Notes under the pieces: generated by a model
Seen by the model: only the letters and a program-made list of their open reading frames with translations
What the model was told of the DNA's origin: nothing
The model's database searches: none
Assembly (NCBI GenBank): GCA_902524595.1
Contig: CABZDS010000002.1
Location: 2,793 to 66,792, forward strand
DNA: 64,000 nt
Source: an uncultured Pelagibacteraceae bacterium
GTDB taxonomy: Bacteria > Pseudomonadota > Alphaproteobacteria > Pelagibacterales > Pelagibacteraceae
Reading direction: 5' to 3'
Part shown: positions 29,210 through 39,669 of the stretch, piece after piece
How the letters are laid out: the number at the start of each line of letters is the position of its first letter
How positions within the stretch are numbered: position 1 is the stretch's first letter
Translations under genes and position numbers: made by a program

Positions 29210-30047
29210 TATACTCAATATCTTGCATTATTATCTCATGCTCCTTTATTGTAAGTTTTTTATCGTCTTTTACAAAATATAATTTAATTAAATCACCAAT
29301 AGATAGTACTGTATGTAAGACTTTTCCCAAATTGTTTACATAAATTTTTCCTGATTTATTATAATTTTCTAAGTTTTCTTTTTTTAAGATTTCATTTCCA
29401 ATTTGTCTATATACTCGTCTTGCAACTAAAATTGAAAATCTTAAAAAGAATGGAATTTTTTTAATTGATATAAAAGAATTATTATAAAATTTGTCAGCAA
29501 TTTTTAGAATTCTTTTAATTTCATCAAAACTCTTTTTTATATAAAACCTATTATTGCTTTCATCTTCAATAACATCTCTTGAAATATTAGTTAATTGCAT
29601 CGCAATACCCAAGTCAATTGCTCCTAAAAGTGCTGATCTTTCTTTGACATTTAAAATTTTTGCCATCATTAATCCAACTGTTCCAGCCACTCTATATGAA
29701 TAAACATACAGATCTTTGTCAGTTTTGATTTCTACTTTTGATTTTATATCAGCCTCGACTCCATCGAATAAATCTTCAATTATTTTCGGGGATATTTCAA
29801 ATTTATTTATTAAAGCCCACATGTTTTTAATTATTTGATTATTTTCATTCTTTAATTTGAAATCTTGTTTGAAATTATTGAAATTTTTTAATTTTGTATC
29901 AAGATCACCTTTTTCATCTGCTAAATTGTCTATGTATCTACAAAAATCATACAAATTAGAACATTCAGAGTAGACTTGTTTTGGCAAAAAGAAACCTGCC
30001 CAATTAAAAGATTTAGCATATATCGATAAATAATTTTGTTCATTCAT
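29196..30047 (-). CDS. crtB: Phytoene synthase
   Basis: AKSF, LYDFCRYIDNLAD, YRVAGTVG, LGIAMQLTNISRDV.ED. Confidence 0.95.
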   Translation of the reverse strand: MNEQNYLSIYAKSFNWAGFFLPKQVYSECSNLYDFCRYIDNLADEKGDLDTKLKNFNNFKQDFKLKNENNQIIKNMWALINKFEISPKIIEDLFDGVEADIKSKVEIKTDKDLYVYSYRVAGTVGLMMAKILNVKERSALLGAIDLGIAMQLTNISRDVIEDESNNRFYIKKSFDEIKRILKIADKFYNNSFISIKKIPFFLRFSILVARRVYRQIGNEILKKENLENYNKSGKIYVNNLGKVLHTVLSIGDLIKLYFVKDDKKLTIKEHEIIMQDIEYNERF

Positions 30048-31504
30048 CACAAAATTTTATCTAAGACCTTAGCAGATGATAGTACTCCTGGTACACCTGC
30101 CCCAGGATGAGTGCCTGCTCCAACAAAATATAAACCGTCATAAACCTCAGATTTGTTATGAAATCTAAAGTATGCTGATTGAGAAAATTTGGGCTGAATT
30201 GAAAAACCCGAGCCATATTTTGTATTTAATTCTTTCTCAAAATAATCAGGAGTTAAATAAAAATCATCTACAATATTTTCTCTTAAATTAGGTAATAAAC
30301 TTTTTTCCATTTTATCTATTACAAGTTTTTTTAGATTTTCACCTTCGACTGACCAGTCTATTCCTGACTTATTATTAGGTACGGGCACTAATACATAAAA
30401 GCAATCATGGTCTTTTGGTGCCATACTCGAGTCAGTCGCGGTAGGTCTATGTAGATAATAGCTTATATCGTTATTTAATTTTTTGTTTACAAATATATCA
30501 TCCAAGTGCTCTTTGTACTTATCGCCAAACTTTATAGTATGATGTTCAACATTTTCGTATTTTTTCTTCGTTCCAAAATAATAAACAAACAATCCCATTG
30601 AATATTCCATTCTATTTATCTTCCAATTAAATAAGGTGTTATATTTTTGATTATTTAGCATTTTTGAATAAACACCAGGAGGATCTGCATTACAAACTAC
30701 GTTATCTGCTTTAATTTCCTCATCTTCACTTGTTACAACCCCGACAACTCTTTTATCTTCTGTAAGCAATTTTTTAACTTCTTTACCTTTAATAATTGTA
30801 ACATCTTCTTCTAACATCAATTTCTCAAAACCTTTTATGATTTGTCCCGTTCCACCCATAGAATAATGAATTCCCCATTTTTTTTCTAAATACAAAATTA
30901 ATCCATATATAGAGGTTGTAGTAAAAGGGTTCCCACCCACCAATAATGGGTGCATACTAAATAGCCTTCTCAGTTTTTCATTTTCAATAAAACCACTAAC
31001 CAAAGAATAAACAGATTTATAACTTTTTAAACTTAGCAATGCAGGAATTTGCTTAAACATAAATGAAGGTTTATCAAATGGCACATCTGATAATTCTGAA
31101 TAACCCTTATCAAATATTTTCTTTGTAAATTTAAGTAAATTTCTGTAACCAACAACATCTTTATGATTAATTGTTGCAATCTGATCTTCCATTTTTTTTT
31201 CATTAGCTGAATAATCAAAATGGCTTCCATCTTCGAAAACAAATCTGTACCAAGTATCCAAATCTTTTATTTTTATATAATCATCTGGATTTTTATTAAA
31301 AAGTTTAAAAATTTCATAAATTAAATAAGGAGCAGTTATTACAGTTGGTCCACCATCATAAGTAAACCCATTACTTTTAAATACTCTCGCTCTTCCACCT
31401 AAATCTTTTTGTTTTTCAATTAAAGTAACTTTATGACCTTTTGCTCGAAGTCTAAGAGCTGCAGCCATACCACCAAAACCTGATCCAATTACAATGGAAT
31501 TCAT
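30047..31504 (-). CDS. crtI: Phytoene desaturase
   Basis: IGSGFGG, DGGPTVIT, HPLLVGGNP, VGAGTHPGAGVPGV. Confidence 0.97.
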   Translation of the reverse strand: MNSIVIGSGFGGMAAALRLRAKGHKVTLIEKQKDLGGRARVFKSNGFTYDGGPTVITAPYLIYEIFKLFNKNPDDYIKIKDLDTWYRFVFEDGSHFDYSANEKKMEDQIATINHKDVVGYRNLLKFTKKIFDKGYSELSDVPFDKPSFMFKQIPALLSLKSYKSVYSLVSGFIENEKLRRLFSMHPLLVGGNPFTTTSIYGLILYLEKKWGIHYSMGGTGQIIKGFEKLMLEEDVTIIKGKEVKKLLTEDKRVVGVVTSEDEEIKADNVVCNADPPGVYSKMLNNQKYNTLFNWKINRMEYSMGLFVYYFGTKKKYENVEHHTIKFGDKYKEHLDDIFVNKKLNNDISYYLHRPTATDSSMAPKDHDCFYVLVPVPNNKSGIDWSVEGENLKKLVIDKMEKSLLPNLRENIVDDFYLTPDYFEKELNTKYGSGFSIQPKFSQSAYFRFHNKSEVYDGLYFVGAGTHPGAGVPGVLSSAKVLDKIL

Positions 31505-31552
31505 ATTTCTTAATTTACATTATTTTTATAAAATTTGATAAACTATCTTAGT

Positions 31553-32050
31553 TTAAGAACTGATTTTCTTTAATTCTGTCTTTGTTTCTTCAAGATTTTT
31601 ATTAAACAAGTTGTCAAGTTTAGACTTATCAACAGATGTTGTAATAATTTTTTTCACAGATTCTACAGCAATATTAATTGATGTATCTTTAATTTCTTTA
31701 ATGGCATTATCCTTCATTTGAGAGATTTTAGTTTCTGCTAGACTTTTCTTTAGTTCAGCTGATTTATGAAATTTGTCATTCATTTCAATTACAAATCTTT
31801 CAGTTTCATCTTTTGACTGCTGCATAATCTTTTCACTCTCAATTTTTGCAGTATCTAGCTTTTTTTGCGCCTCATCTAATAGTCTTTTAGATTCAGCTCG
31901 GAGTTTTTCACTTTCATCAATTTCATTTTTGATATCAGTAATCATTTTGCTCAATAAATTATTAACATTTTGTGGAACTTTTAAATAAATTAGCGCTCCA
32001 AAAAATATTACAAAAGAAACTGCTACCCAAAATGTTGCATCAAATACCAT
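31553..32050 (-). CDS. atpF: ATP synthase Fo subunit b
   Basis: MVFDATFWVAVSF TM then coiled coil; last gene of Fo cluster; ATG at 32050. Confidence 0.93.
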   Translation of the reverse strand: MVFDATFWVAVSFVIFFGALIYLKVPQNVNNLLSKMITDIKNEIDESEKLRAESKRLLDEAQKKLDTAKIESEKIMQQSKDETERFVIEMNDKFHKSAELKKSLAETKISQMKDNAIKEIKDTSINIAVESVKKIITTSVDKSKLDNLFNKNLEETKTELKKISS

Positions 32051-32630
32051 TATGTTTTTCCATTTCTTTTTTAGAAAGATCTTCAACTATGGCTGAAAGA
32101 CTACTTTTATTTATGTCTTCACCAATTAATTGTTTAACTAGATCGGAGGATGTCTCAATTGCAATTTTAGTAATTTTCTCTTGAGAAGTTTTTTTTAATT
32201 GGTCTATTTCTTCTTCAGCTTTTATTATTTCTTTTTCGATATCCTTTTCTAAAGATAATCTTTTATTGTTTATATCGTCCAAAACTTTTTGTCTTTCACT
32301 ATTAAAGAAGTTTTTTGATTCGACTTTTGTATCATTGATAATTTTATCAAATTCTTTAACTTTTTTTTCAGTTTCTTCCCGTTGCTTGTCTGCAGTTTCG
32401 ATATTCTCTAAGATTTGTGATTTTCTGGTTTCAAGATTGTTACTAATCTTTGGTAGTATGAACTTAGATAAAATTATAAACAATAATCCAAAAGTAAGTA
32501 CTAACCAAAAAATTTGAGATATCCAAAACTCGGGATTAAGCTGGGGCATACCTCCACTCTCAGCGCTTTGAACGCTATAAGTAAAGATAAGACTTAAAGC
32601 TAGAAATTGAAAAATTATCTTTTTCAACAT
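32040..32630 (-). CDS. ATP synthase Fo subunit b'
   Basis: GMPQL...SQIFWL motif, coiled coil. Confidence 0.92.
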   Translation of the reverse strand: MLKKIIFQFLALSLIFTYSVQSAESGGMPQLNPEFWISQIFWLVLTFGLLFIILSKFILPKISNNLETRKSQILENIETADKQREETEKKVKEFDKIINDTKVESKNFFNSERQKVLDDINNKRLSLEKDIEKEIIKAEEEIDQLKKTSQEKITKIAIETSSDLVKQLIGEDINKSSLSAIVEDLSKKEMEKHNGI

Positions 32631-32633
32631 TAA

Positions 32634-32861
32634 TTAAAACGCGAAAAGAATAATTAATGCAACAACTAATCCAAATAAACCAGTCGCTTCCGCTAATGCA
32701 AAGCCTAATAGCAAGTTTGGAAACTGCTTTTGAGCTGCAGATGGATTTCTCATTGCACCTGAAAGATAATTTCCAAAAATTATCCCAATTCCAACTCCTG
32801 CACCTGCAAGCGCAATTGCTGCTAGTCCTGCTCCTATCATTTTTGCTGCTTCTAATTCCAT
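32634..32861 (-). CDS. atpE: ATP synthase Fo subunit c
   Basis: GAGVGIG, RNPSA, FALAEA; GGAGG SD upstream. Confidence 0.98.
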   Translation of the reverse strand: MELEAAKMIGAGLAAIALAGAGVGIGIIFGNYLSGAMRNPSAAQKQFPNLLLGFALAEATGLFGLVVALIILFAF

Positions 32862-32880
32862 TATATCCTCCTTATGTTAA

Positions 32881-33612
32881 TTAATGGTGTAAATTTAATG
32901 CATCATTCAAATAGATACATGTTAAAATTGCAAATACATATGCTTGAAGAAAAGCAACTAATATCTCCAAACCTGTTAATGCAACTGAAAAACCTAACGG
33001 TAGCCAGCCCCCAACAATTCCTAAGCTAACTACGAAACCTCCAAAAACTTTCATCATCGTATGGCCTGCCATCATATTTGCAAACAATCTAACTGATAAA
33101 CTAATTGGTCTACTTAAGTATGAAATTATTTCTACAACAACTATTAATGGCAATAAAACCATTGGAACTCCACTTGGCACAAAAAGTTTTAAGTATCCAA
33201 GTCCATGTTTAATAAATCCAATTATTGTTACTCCTATAAATATAAATGCTGCTAATACAAAAGTTACAATGATGTGGCTAGTGACTGTAAAAGAGTAAGG
33301 TATCATCCCAAACATGTTACAAAATAAAACAAACATGAATAAAGAAAATATGAAGGAAAAGTAAGGCTTAGCTTTTGATCCAGCTGTATCACTTATCATT
33401 TTTGAAATAAAAGAGTAACTGAGTTCCGCAAGTAATTGAATTTTATTTGGTATGATAGATCTCTTCGTACCTAAATTAAAAATAACTAATATTGCTAATG
33501 AACTTATGACCATAAACAAACTCGCGTTTGTGAATGAAATATCTATGTTATTTATCTTAATTTCTGGGCCAATTCGGTAAACATTGAATTGGTACATTGG
33601 ATTTGCTGCCAT
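32881..33612 (-). CDS. atpB: ATP synthase Fo subunit a
   Basis: RPISLSVRLFANMMAGH, LQAYVF. Confidence 0.98.
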   Translation of the reverse strand: MAANPMYQFNVYRIGPEIKINNIDISFTNASLFMVISSLAILVIFNLGTKRSIIPNKIQLLAELSYSFISKMISDTAGSKAKPYFSFIFSLFMFVLFCNMFGMIPYSFTVTSHIIVTFVLAAFIFIGVTIIGFIKHGLGYLKLFVPSGVPMVLLPLIVVVEIISYLSRPISLSVRLFANMMAGHTMMKVFGGFVVSLGIVGGWLPLGFSVALTGLEILVAFLQAYVFAILTCIYLNDALNLHH

Positions 33613-33619
33613 TTGCCTT

Positions 33620-33895
33620 CTATTTTTGCATTTTTTTTGCTGATCTAATAACGTTCATAATTCCAGCTATTACACCAATAAAAAAAAAAATTAAAATTAA
33701 CCAGGGTTTAGTACCAAACCAATTGTCTAAAATAAACCCAATAATTGTCCCAACAGCTACTGCAGATACCAATTCCGTACTCATTTTGAAGGCTGACCCC
33801 ATACTTGAGCCTTTATTTCCCTCCTCAAATTTTTTGTCTTTATCGGTTTTATTTTTTGCAATTTTTAGGCGAGTTTTAAACTGGTCTTCATCCAT
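33620..33895 (-). CDS. atpI: ATP synthase protein I (AtpZ/AtpI family)
   Basis: ELVSAV.VG..IG..LD.WFGTKPW; first gene of Fo cluster. Confidence 0.9.
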   Translation of the reverse strand: MDEDQFKTRLKIAKNKTDKDKKFEEGNKGSSMGSAFKMSTELVSAVAVGTIIGFILDNWFGTKPWLILIFFFIGVIAGIMNVIRSAKKMQK

Positions 33896-33897
33896 TA

Positions 33898-36471
33898 TTA
33901 AGCAACCATACTCTCTGCTTTTTGAAGATCTACAGCAACTAGTTGGCTAATTCCTTTTTCAGGCATTGTTATACCATATAGTCTGTCCATTTTAGACATG
34001 GTTAGAGCGTGGTGAGTTACAATAATAAATCTTGTAGATGTAATTTTAGTTAGTTCCATCAAAAGATTGCAAAATCTTGTTACATTTGCATCATCTAGAG
34101 GTGCGTCTACTTCATCTAAAACACATATTGGAGCCGGATTAGTAAGAAATACTGCAAAGATTAAAGACAAAGCTGTCAGGGCTTGTTCGCCTCCAGATAA
34201 CAAAGTTATTGATTGCAACCTCTTTCCTGGTGGACTTACTAACATTTCTAATCCTGCATCTAAAGGATCATCAGAGTCTACTAGTTCTAGCTTTGCGCTA
34301 CCTCCATTAAATAGTTTGGTATAAACTTCATTGAACTTTCTATTAACTTTTTCAAAAGCATCTAGAAGCCTCTCTCTGCCTTTCTGATTTAGTTCAGTAA
34401 TACTTTCTTTTAATTTTATAATTGCAGTTACTAAATCTTGTCTATCTTTTTCCATTTTCTTAATTTCATCTTCATATTTTGAAGTTTCTTCATCTGCTCT
34501 TAAGTTAACTGAGCCTAATTTTTCTCTTTCTCTTTTTCTTTCATCAAGTAATTCCTCTTGTGTTACTGTATCTGGATATACAGATACATCTTTTAAGTTT
34601 GAAAAATTTAGTATCTCTTCTTCCTTTAAATTAAGTTCTGTTGAAACTCTTTCTAACAAATCATTTCTTCTTTTGTTCAAACCATCGATTGTTGCCCCAG
34701 AGCTTGCCTTTCGCTCCCTTATTTCAATAGATTCTTCTTTTGTTGTATTTAGATTGCTTCTTAATTCGTTAATCTCTTTATCTAGCTTATCTATTAATAT
34801 TTCATTATCACTTTTTTCTTTTTCAGAAATTCTTAAACTTTCTGATATTTGTCCTTTTCTTTCAGCTTGTGTTTGAGGTTGTTTCTCTAGGCCATCTAAT
34901 TTTTTTTGTTGAGTATCTTTTCTACTATTTAATTCATTAATCATTTTTTCAGAATTTACCAATAAGTTTTTCCAACTTTCTATTTCTTGGTCAATTATTT
35001 TAATTCTCTCACTTCTTTTTATTGATTCTTTTTTAATATTGTGATTTGTACTAAATGCTTCAGCATATTCTTCCTGTAGACTTTTGATTTCTTCGTTTTT
35101 CTTATTTACTGTTACAGCTAAATCGTCATCATGCATTTCATTAATTTTCATTTTTAAAAATGAAAGATTTATTTTGCATTCATCTATTAAATTAGTTGCA
35201 CCATTGATATTGTTCTCTGAGAGCATTTCTTTTGCTTTATCTAACTGCTCACTTGCTAAATCAATAGTTTCTGAGTTCTTTTTTAGAGTATCAAGGTTTA
35301 AATTTTCTAGTATTCTCTCTAACTTATCTTGCTCATCTTTTAATTTTCCTTTTGCATTTACCAAATCTAAAGCTGACAATTTTTCAGTTTCATAATATTT
35401 GGAGTCTAATGTAATTAAATTTTCTTTTTCTTCTCTAAGTCTTTTTTCATTAGAGTTTGCATCAATGATTATGCTTTTTTCTCTTAAAATATCCTCATCA
35501 ATTACACCTAAAGCCTTTCTGATTGACTGTATTTCATCATTAACCCTGTCTTTTTCCTCATCTAAACTTTTTAACTCTAAATTTAATCTTTGAATTTTTG
35601 ACAAGTTTTCTTGATTTTTTTCTCTAATAGGATTTACATTTTTATTCTTTTCAATAATTTTCATGCTTAAATCCTCTAATTTATCATTGAAGGACTTAAC
35701 TTGATCATCAGCTTCATTATTAATTTCATTCTCTAACTTAATTTCATTATCAATTTCTAAAAGACGTAAATAATATAAACCCGCCTCAACTTTTTTTATT
35801 TCCTCTGAAATAGATTTGTATTTTGCGGCTTCTTCAGCTTGCTTTTGTAAATTTGCTAGTTGTCTTTCTTGTTGTCTTCTTAATTCATCTGCTCTTTTTA
35901 AATTATTTTCAGCCGCGCCTAATCTTAATTCTGCTTCGTGCCTTCTAACATGTAAACCCGCAATACCAGCTGCTTCTTCCAAAATAGCTCTCCGATCAGA
36001 AGGCTTTGCTGTGACCAATGCTCCAATTCTACCCTGACTAATAATCGAAGGTGAATGAGCACCTGTTGATAAATCTGCAAAAAACATCTGAGCATCTTTT
36101 GCTCTAACTTCTTTGCCGTTTATATAAAATTTTGAGCCTTTATCTTTTTCTATTTTTCTTCTAATTTCAATTTCATCGAGCTCATTATATTGTAGAGGAC
36201 CATCTTTATTATCATTTGATAAACTCACTAAAACTTCTGCAATATTTTTTGATGGTTTGTTTGAAGTTCCTGAAAATATAACATCCTCCATTCCTGAACC
36301 TCTCATACTTTTTGCTGATGTCTCACCCATACACCAGCGCAACGACTCCACTATATTTGATTTGCCACAACCGTTTGGACCAACTATCCCAGTCAAACCT
36401 TCTTCAATTAGGAAATTTGTTTTTTCAGCAAAAGACTTAAATCCATTTAGTTGGATTTTTTTAAATTCCAT
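33898..36471 (-). CDS. smc: Chromosome segregation protein SMC (short, 857 aa)
   Basis: GFKSF, GPNGCGKSN, LEEAAGI, LSGGEQ, LDEVDAPLD, VTH; coiled coils between head halves. Confidence 0.95.
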   Translation of the reverse strand: MEFKKIQLNGFKSFAEKTNFLIEEGLTGIVGPNGCGKSNIVESLRWCMGETSAKSMRGSGMEDVIFSGTSNKPSKNIAEVLVSLSNDNKDGPLQYNELDEIEIRRKIEKDKGSKFYINGKEVRAKDAQMFFADLSTGAHSPSIISQGRIGALVTAKPSDRRAILEEAAGIAGLHVRRHEAELRLGAAENNLKRADELRRQQERQLANLQKQAEEAAKYKSISEEIKKVEAGLYYLRLLEIDNEIKLENEINNEADDQVKSFNDKLEDLSMKIIEKNKNVNPIREKNQENLSKIQRLNLELKSLDEEKDRVNDEIQSIRKALGVIDEDILREKSIIIDANSNEKRLREEKENLITLDSKYYETEKLSALDLVNAKGKLKDEQDKLERILENLNLDTLKKNSETIDLASEQLDKAKEMLSENNINGATNLIDECKINLSFLKMKINEMHDDDLAVTVNKKNEEIKSLQEEYAEAFSTNHNIKKESIKRSERIKIIDQEIESWKNLLVNSEKMINELNSRKDTQQKKLDGLEKQPQTQAERKGQISESLRISEKEKSDNEILIDKLDKEINELRSNLNTTKEESIEIRERKASSGATIDGLNKRRNDLLERVSTELNLKEEEILNFSNLKDVSVYPDTVTQEELLDERKREREKLGSVNLRADEETSKYEDEIKKMEKDRQDLVTAIIKLKESITELNQKGRERLLDAFEKVNRKFNEVYTKLFNGGSAKLELVDSDDPLDAGLEMLVSPPGKRLQSITLLSGGEQALTALSLIFAVFLTNPAPICVLDEVDAPLDDANVTRFCNLLMELTKITSTRFIIVTHHALTMSKMDRLYGITMPEKGISQLVAVDLQKAESMVA

Positions 36472-36479
36472 TCACTGAC

Positions 36480-37055
36480 TTATATCAGTTTTTCTATGTA
36501 TTTTTTTAATTTTTTGTAGTTTGAGTGATTTTCAAACTTTTTTCCGTTAATTATGACTGTTGGAGTAGCATTTACTTTATACTTTTTAACACCTTCGATT
36601 CGGTCTTCTAAAATATGATCCTCTATTTTTTTATCCGCCAAGCACTTATCAAAATCAAGATTATATTTAGTATTATCAATAAATTTTTTCATTGCTTGAT
36701 TTGCCTCTAATTCATTTTTTCCTTTTATCCACTTATCTTGATTTAAATATAAATGATGCAAAATTTCATGCTCACCATCATTTCTACAATGCGCTAATTT
36801 AGTTGCATTAAATGCAATGATATCTAATGGAAAGCTTTTAAATTCTATTGAAATCAATCCTTTATCAATAAAATCTTCTTTTAATTTAGGATATATATTT
36901 TTATGAAAATTTGCACAATGACTACAAGTTAAAGATTCAAAAACCATTAACTTAACTTTAGAGTCTGCACTTCCAACTAAAATTGGTTTAACTTCAGAAT
37001 TAGCATTGATGAAATTAAAAAAAATTAAAATTGAGATAAAAATTATTTTTTTCAT
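36480..37055 (-). CDS. DsbA-family thioredoxin-fold protein
   Basis: Signal peptide, SLTCSHCANFH, ATPT cis-Pro loop. Confidence 0.9.
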   Translation of the reverse strand: MKKIIFISILIFFNFINANSEVKPILVGSADSKVKLMVFESLTCSHCANFHKNIYPKLKEDFIDKGLISIEFKSFPLDIIAFNATKLAHCRNDGEHEILHHLYLNQDKWIKGKNELEANQAMKKFIDNTKYNLDFDKCLADKKIEDHILEDRIEGVKKYKVNATPTVIINGKKFENHSNYKKLKKYIEKLI

Positions 37056-37534
37056 TTTATTTTAAAATGTTTACTTAGCTCTAAAAGTGAATTTTTTATT
37101 TTGTCATTTTTAATATTATTTATGCGCTTTATATGTTTATTTTTTGTCGCATTAATAGCTGTATTTTTATGGCTTTCTTCAATTTTTCCGTCAAATGTAT
37201 TCAATTTAATGTCATCTAAAACATGATAGCCAAAAAAAACATTAATTTTTTTTATTATTTCTTTTTTAGAATACTCAACGTCAACCTCATTTCCCCTCTT
37301 TACTAAAATATTTAAACGACTTCCCGATAACTTATTTGAACTTTTGTATGATTTAGGAAAGCTTACTTTAAATAAATCTTTACCTACAAAATATTTCCAA
37401 TTGTCTAAAGTTTCATTATAAATTTTACCTTTTTTACTAATTATTCTTTTTGCCTCTGTGGGTAAAGTATCTTTAAAAGATCTTAAACCTTGAATGGAAT
37501 TATATCTCTGCTTAGTATTATATTTTTGACTCAT
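37052..37534 (-). CDS. DUF721/DciA-like protein
   Basis: W..FVG, II.KIN.FFGY pattern; conserved mutY / DUF721 / dsbA / smc arrangement. Confidence 0.75.
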   Translation of the reverse strand: MSQKYNTKQRYNSIQGLRSFKDTLPTEAKRIISKKGKIYNETLDNWKYFVGKDLFKVSFPKSYKSSNKLSGSRLNILVKRGNEVDVEYSKKEIIKKINVFFGYHVLDDIKLNTFDGKIEESHKNTAINATKNKHIKRINNIKNDKIKNSLLELSKHFKIK

Positions 37535-38527
37535 ATGAATAATAAAAACATACCAAATAAAATTCTACATTGGTACGATAATAATAAAAGAATTTTACCT
37601 TGGAGAAAAAAAGTTTCTCAAAAGCAAAAAGAATATTTTACGATTGTTAGTGAATTTATGTTGCAGCAAACTCAAGTAAAAACTGTTATTCCTTATTTTG
37701 AAAAATTTGTAAAACAAATTCCAACCTTTCAATCATTGGCAGATGTCGATGAAAAGATCTTAATGAAACATTGGGAAGGCCTTGGTTATTATTCAAGAGC
37801 AAGAAATTTAAAAAAAAGTGCAATTAAAATTCTTAAAGATTTCAATGGTAAGTTGCCAAAATTTTATGAAAAGTTAATACAATTACCAGGTGTTGGTGAA
37901 TATACATCTAAAGCAATAATGTCTATAGCATTTAACATTAAAACTATCCCTTTAGATGGAAATGTGGAGAGAATTCTTAAAAGAACTCTATATTTAAAAA
38001 AGCAGAATGAAATATCTAAAGATTATTTAAAAACAAAAATTAATTTTTTTGGATTGTCCGATCGTGCTAGCGATTACTCACAAGCAATTATGGAAATAGG
38101 TGCATTAATTTGCAAACCAAAAAATCCAAGTTGTAAAGAATGTCCGTTAAATAAAAATTGTATATCTTTAAAAAAAAATGATTTTGAGTTAACTAAAATT
38201 AATAAAGAAATAAAAACTAAATATTTTGAAGCGACTATCTACAAAAAACAAAATAATTACTTATTGGTTAAAAATGATAAATTTAAATTTTTAAAAAATA
38301 TGCCAATTTTTCCTATGACTGAAGTTCGAGAAAGTAAGTATAATTATTCAAATAATAAAAAAATTAATATAAAATTATCTAATATGGAAATGAAAATTTT
38401 GTTAAATAACTCAAAAAGACCTCCAAAGATTAAAAATAAAATATTGATTAAAAAAGATAAATTAAGCTCAGAAATAATTCCATCATTTACTAAAAAAATA
38501 TTTTATACCATCTCAAAATCTGAATGA
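37535..38527 (+). CDS. mutY: A/G-specific adenine glycosylase
   Basis: LPWR, SEFMLQQTQV, GLGYYSRARN, LPGVGEYT, DGNV.R, C..K.P.C..CP....C; ATG at 37535. Confidence 0.96.
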   Translation: MNNKNIPNKILHWYDNNKRILPWRKKVSQKQKEYFTIVSEFMLQQTQVKTVIPYFEKFVKQIPTFQSLADVDEKILMKHWEGLGYYSRARNLKKSAIKILKDFNGKLPKFYEKLIQLPGVGEYTSKAIMSIAFNIKTIPLDGNVERILKRTLYLKKQNEISKDYLKTKINFFGLSDRASDYSQAIMEIGALICKPKNPSCKECPLNKNCISLKKNDFELTKINKEIKTKYFEATIYKKQNNYLLVKNDKFKFLKNMPIFPMTEVRESKYNYSNNKKINIKLSNMEMKILLNNSKRPPKIKNKILIKKDKLSSEIIPSFTKKIFYTISKSE

Positions 38528-39648
38528 AAAAAGTTGCAATTGTTGGAGCTGGTATATCTGGTTTGTATCTTGCAAATGGATTAAACAAAAATACTGAAAT
38601 AGAATATAAAATCTTTGAAAAAAAAGATTATCTCGATTTAAATGAAGGTTATGGCATTCAACTTTCAGTTAATAGTATTAATTTGTTGAATAAAATCGGA
38701 TTTAAAGATATTTCAGCATCAGATGTTTATTATCCAACTAAAGTTAATTTTTTCCAGGCTAATAATATTAAAAAGATTTGTGAAATTGATTTAAGGCAAT
38801 TCAATAATGTAAACGATCGTTACACAACACTTAAAAGATCAACATTAATAAAGTTTTTAATTGGTAATATTCCTGAGGAAAAAATTCAATTTAAAGCCGA
38901 TATTCAAAATATTGAATATAATGAAAAAATAAAGATTTCTTGGAATAATAAGAATGAAAGTTTCGATTATATAGTAATTGCAGACGGTGTTTTTTCAAAA
39001 TTAAAATCCCAAATATCCAATAATCATTTAAACCCCATTTTTAATGGGAACATTGCTTTAAGGGCAAATTTAAAACAACATGAAAAAGATAATATTTCTG
39101 TATTTATGGGGTCAAATTTTCATTATGTAACTTATCCTGTAAATCAAAAACTCGAATATAATTTCGTTGCCATAATCAAAAAGAAACTAACTACTAAAGA
39201 AATTGAAGATAAAAATATTCTTAATTCAGAATCATATATAAAATCTTTAAAGGACTTTATTTCAAGAAATTCTACTATAAATTCGGAAAGTTTAGCAAAT
39301 ATAAAGTGTTTTCCTGTATTTGTGAGCACTGAATTACCTATATTAAAATATCAAAATACTTTTTTGAGTGGAGATGCTTTATTTGCTTTTCCACCTTCTT
39401 TTGCACAAGGAGCTTCTCAAAGTATTGAAACAGCAAATGGTATTTTAGAAAATATTACAAATTCAAATAATATTTATAAAGATAAGATAAGTAAAATATT
39501 ACTAGTAAATAAAAGATCAAAATTAAATCATTTTGCCTTCCATTTAACTAATCCAATAATAATATTAATAAGAAATATTGTTTTGAAATTTTTATCGAAA
39601 AATAAATTTTTTTTAGATAGATACTTGGGTAAAATATATAATTCTTAA
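38524..39648 (+). CDS. FAD-dependent monooxygenase (salicylate hydroxylase-like)
   Basis: VGAGISG, IADGVFS, GDA....P..AQG. Confidence 0.88.
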   Translation: MKKVAIVGAGISGLYLANGLNKNTEIEYKIFEKKDYLDLNEGYGIQLSVNSINLLNKIGFKDISASDVYYPTKVNFFQANNIKKICEIDLRQFNNVNDRYTTLKRSTLIKFLIGNIPEEKIQFKADIQNIEYNEKIKISWNNKNESFDYIVIADGVFSKLKSQISNNHLNPIFNGNIALRANLKQHEKDNISVFMGSNFHYVTYPVNQKLEYNFVAIIKKKLTTKEIEDKNILNSESYIKSLKDFISRNSTINSESLANIKCFPVFVSTELPILKYQNTFLSGDALFAFPPSFAQGASQSIETANGILENITNSNNIYKDKISKILLVNKRSKLNHFAFHLTNPIIILIRNIVLKFLSKNKFFLDRYLGKIYNS

Positions 39649-39669
39649 ATTGCAGAAAAATAAACTTTA

